From Squalus acanthias (Eukaryota): a DNA stretch of 64,000 nt. The position numbers and the translations under genes are program-made. Below the pieces are notes generated by a model. It saw only the letters and a program-made list of their open reading frames with translations. It made no database searches and was not told the origin of the DNA. The stretch is from positions 8,496,001-8,560,000 of the forward strand of contig CM059433.1 of the NCBI GenBank assembly GCA_030390025.1. The letters are read 5' to 3'. Position 1 is the stretch's first letter. Each line of letters starts with the position of its first letter. This document shows, in pieces, positions 61,582 to 64,000 of the stretch.

Positions 61582-62877
61582 ACAACAACAACCAGAACAA
61601 CTTGTATTTATATAGCGCCTTTAACGTAGTAAAACCTCCCAAGGTGCTTCACAGGAATATTAAAAGACAAAAAATTTGACACCGAGCCACATAAGGAGAA
61701 ATTAGGGCAGGTGACCAAAAGCTTGGTCAAAGAGGTAGGTTTTAAGGAGCGTCTTAAAGGAGGAAAGAGAGGTAGAGAGGCGGAGAGATTTAGGCAGGGA
61801 ATTCCAGAGCTTAGGGCCTCGGCAACAGAAGGCACGGCCACCAAAGGTTGAGCGATTATAATCAGGGATGCTCAAGAGGGCAGAATTAGTGGAGCACAGA
61901 TATCTCGGGGAGTTGTGGGGCTGGAGGAGATGACAGAGCTAGGCAGGGGCGAGGCCATGGAGGGATTTGAAAAAAAGGATGAGAATTTTGAAATCGAGGC
62001 GCTGCTTAACCGGGAGCCAATGTAGGTCAGCGATCACAGGGGAGATGGGTGAACGGGACTTGGTGCATGTTAGAACATGGGCAGCCGAGTTTTGGATGAC
62101 CTCAAGTTTACATAGGGCAGAATGTGGGAGGCCAGCCAGGAGAGCATTGGAATAGTCAAGTCTAGAGACAACAAAGACATGGATGAGAGTTTCAGCAGCG
62201 GATGAGATGAGGCAAGGGCGGAGACAGGCGATGTTACGGAGGTGGAAATAGGCGGTCTTAGTTATGCCGCAGATATGTGGTCGGAAGCTCATTTCAGGGT
62301 CAAATATGACACCAAGGTTGCGAACAGTGTGGTTCAGCCTCAGACAGATGTTAGGGAGAGGGATGGAGTCAATGGCTAGGGAATGGAGTTTGTGGCGGGG
62401 ACTGAAAACAATGGCTTTGGTCTTCCCAATATTTAATTGGGGAACATTTCTGCTCATCCAGAACTGGATGTCGGACAAGCAGTCTGATAATTTAGACACT
62501 TTGGAGGGGTCGAGAGAAGTGGTGGTGAGGTAGAGCTGGGTGTCATCAGTGTACATGTGGAAACTGACGCTGTGTTTTCGAATGATGTCGCCAAGGGGCA
62601 ACATGTAGATGAGAAATAGGAGGGGGCCGAGGATAGATCCTTGGGGGACACCAGAGGTAACGATGCGGGAGCGGGAAGAGAAGCCGTTGCAGGTGATTCT
62701 CTGGCTATGATTAGATAGATAAGAATGGAACCAGGCGAGTGCAGTCCCACCCAGCTGGACGACGGTGGAGAGGCGTTGGAGAAGGATGGAGTGGTCAACC
62801 GTGTCAAAGGCTGCAGACAGGTCGAGAAGGACGAGGAGGGATAGTTTACCTTTGTCACAGTCACAAAGGATGTCATT
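61582..62877 (-). mobile_element. L2 LINE 3' part with RT domain
   Basis: ORF 61939-62886 LLDLSAAFDTVDH, GVPQGSILGPLLF, YTDDTQLY, LHWLPV. Confidence 0.95.
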
Positions 62878-62879
62878 TA

Positions 62880-64000
62880 AGAACATAAGAAATAGGAGCA
62901 GGAGTCAGCCTTTTGGCCCCTCGAGCCTGCTCCGCCATTCAATAAGGACATGGCTAATCTTCTACCTCATCTCCACTTTCCTGCACTATCCCCATATCCC
63001 TTGATTCCCTTTATATCCAAAAATCTATCGATCTCTGTCTTGAATATACTCAACGACTGAGCCTCCACAGCCTTCTGGGGTAGAGAATTCCAAAGATTCA
63101 CCACCCTCTGAGTGAAGAAATTTCTCCTCATCTCAGTCCTAAATGGCCGACCCCTTATTCTGAGACCCTGACCCCTGGTTCTAGACTCCCCAGCCAGGGG
63201 AAACATCCTCTCTGCATCTACCCTGTCAAGCCCTGTAAGAATTTTGTATGGTTCAACGAGATCACCTCTCGTTCTCCTAAACTCTAGAGAATATTGGCCT
63301 AGTCTACTCAATCCCTCATAGGACAATCCCCCATCCCAGAATCAGTCTGGTGAACCTTCGTTGCACTCCCTCTATGGAAAGTATATCCTTCCTTTGGTAA
63401 GGAGACCAAAACTGTACACAATACTCCAGGTGTGGTCTCACCAGGGCCCTATATAATTGCAGTAAGACGTTTTTACTTTTATACTCAAATCCTCTTGTAA
63501 TAAAGGCCAACATACCATTTGCTTTCCTAATTGCTTGCTGTACCTGCATGTTAACTTTCAGTGATTCGTGTACAAGGACACCCAGGTCCCTCTGAACACC
63601 AACATTTCCCAATCTCTCGCCATTTAAAAAATACTCTGCTTTTCTATTTTTCCTACCAAAGTGGATAACTTCACATTTCTCCACATTATATTCCATTTGC
63701 CATGTTCTTGCCCACTCACTTAGCCTGTCTATATCCCCTTGAAGCCTCTTTACATCCTCCTCACAACTTACATTCCCACCCAGCTTTGTATCCTCAGCAA
63801 ACCTGGATATATTACATTTGGTCTACTCATCCAAATCATGGATATATATTGTGAATAGCTGAGGCCCAAGCACTGATCCTTGCGGTACCCCACTAGTCAC
63901 AGCCTGCCAACCCGAAAATGACCCGTTTGTTCCTACTCTCTGTTTTCTGTCCGTTAACCAATCCTCAATCCATACTAGTAGATTACCTCCAATCGCATGA
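62880..64000 (-). mobile_element. CR1 LINE 3' part, runs off the window
   Basis: ORFs 63316-63696 and 62967-63326; tail near 62880. Confidence 0.95.

Overview
Eukaryotic, repeat-saturated DNA that looks intronic or intergenic. The mix of CR1/HER1-type and L2 LINEs, HE1/V-SINE and SacSINE1/Deu-type SINEs points to a cartilaginous fish (inference from recalled family consensus motifs). No host protein-coding gene can be firmly called. Main contents: (1) two full-length, independently inserted, GC-rich Ty3/Gypsy LTR retrotransposons with CsRn1-clade hallmarks (tRNA-Trp PBS, CHCC Gag knuckle, single gag-pol frame, 4-bp TSD). (2) At least eight minimal hammerhead-ribozyme motifs from two Penelope-like pLTR families, four with an intact core. 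Several are TSD-flanked, two lie in a fold-back insertion and one is linked to a GIY-YIG remnant. (3) A decayed two-gene Harbinger transposon and GC-rich MITEs. (4) Solo LTRs. (5) Many nested LINE/SINE fragments. (6) Five minisatellites born inside TE pieces. (7) A weak candidate for a minus-strand host gene: a CpG/ETS promoter near 59.5 kb and an ATG exon near 2.3 kb encoding a presequence-like peptide. Family names come from motif recognition, not database searches.
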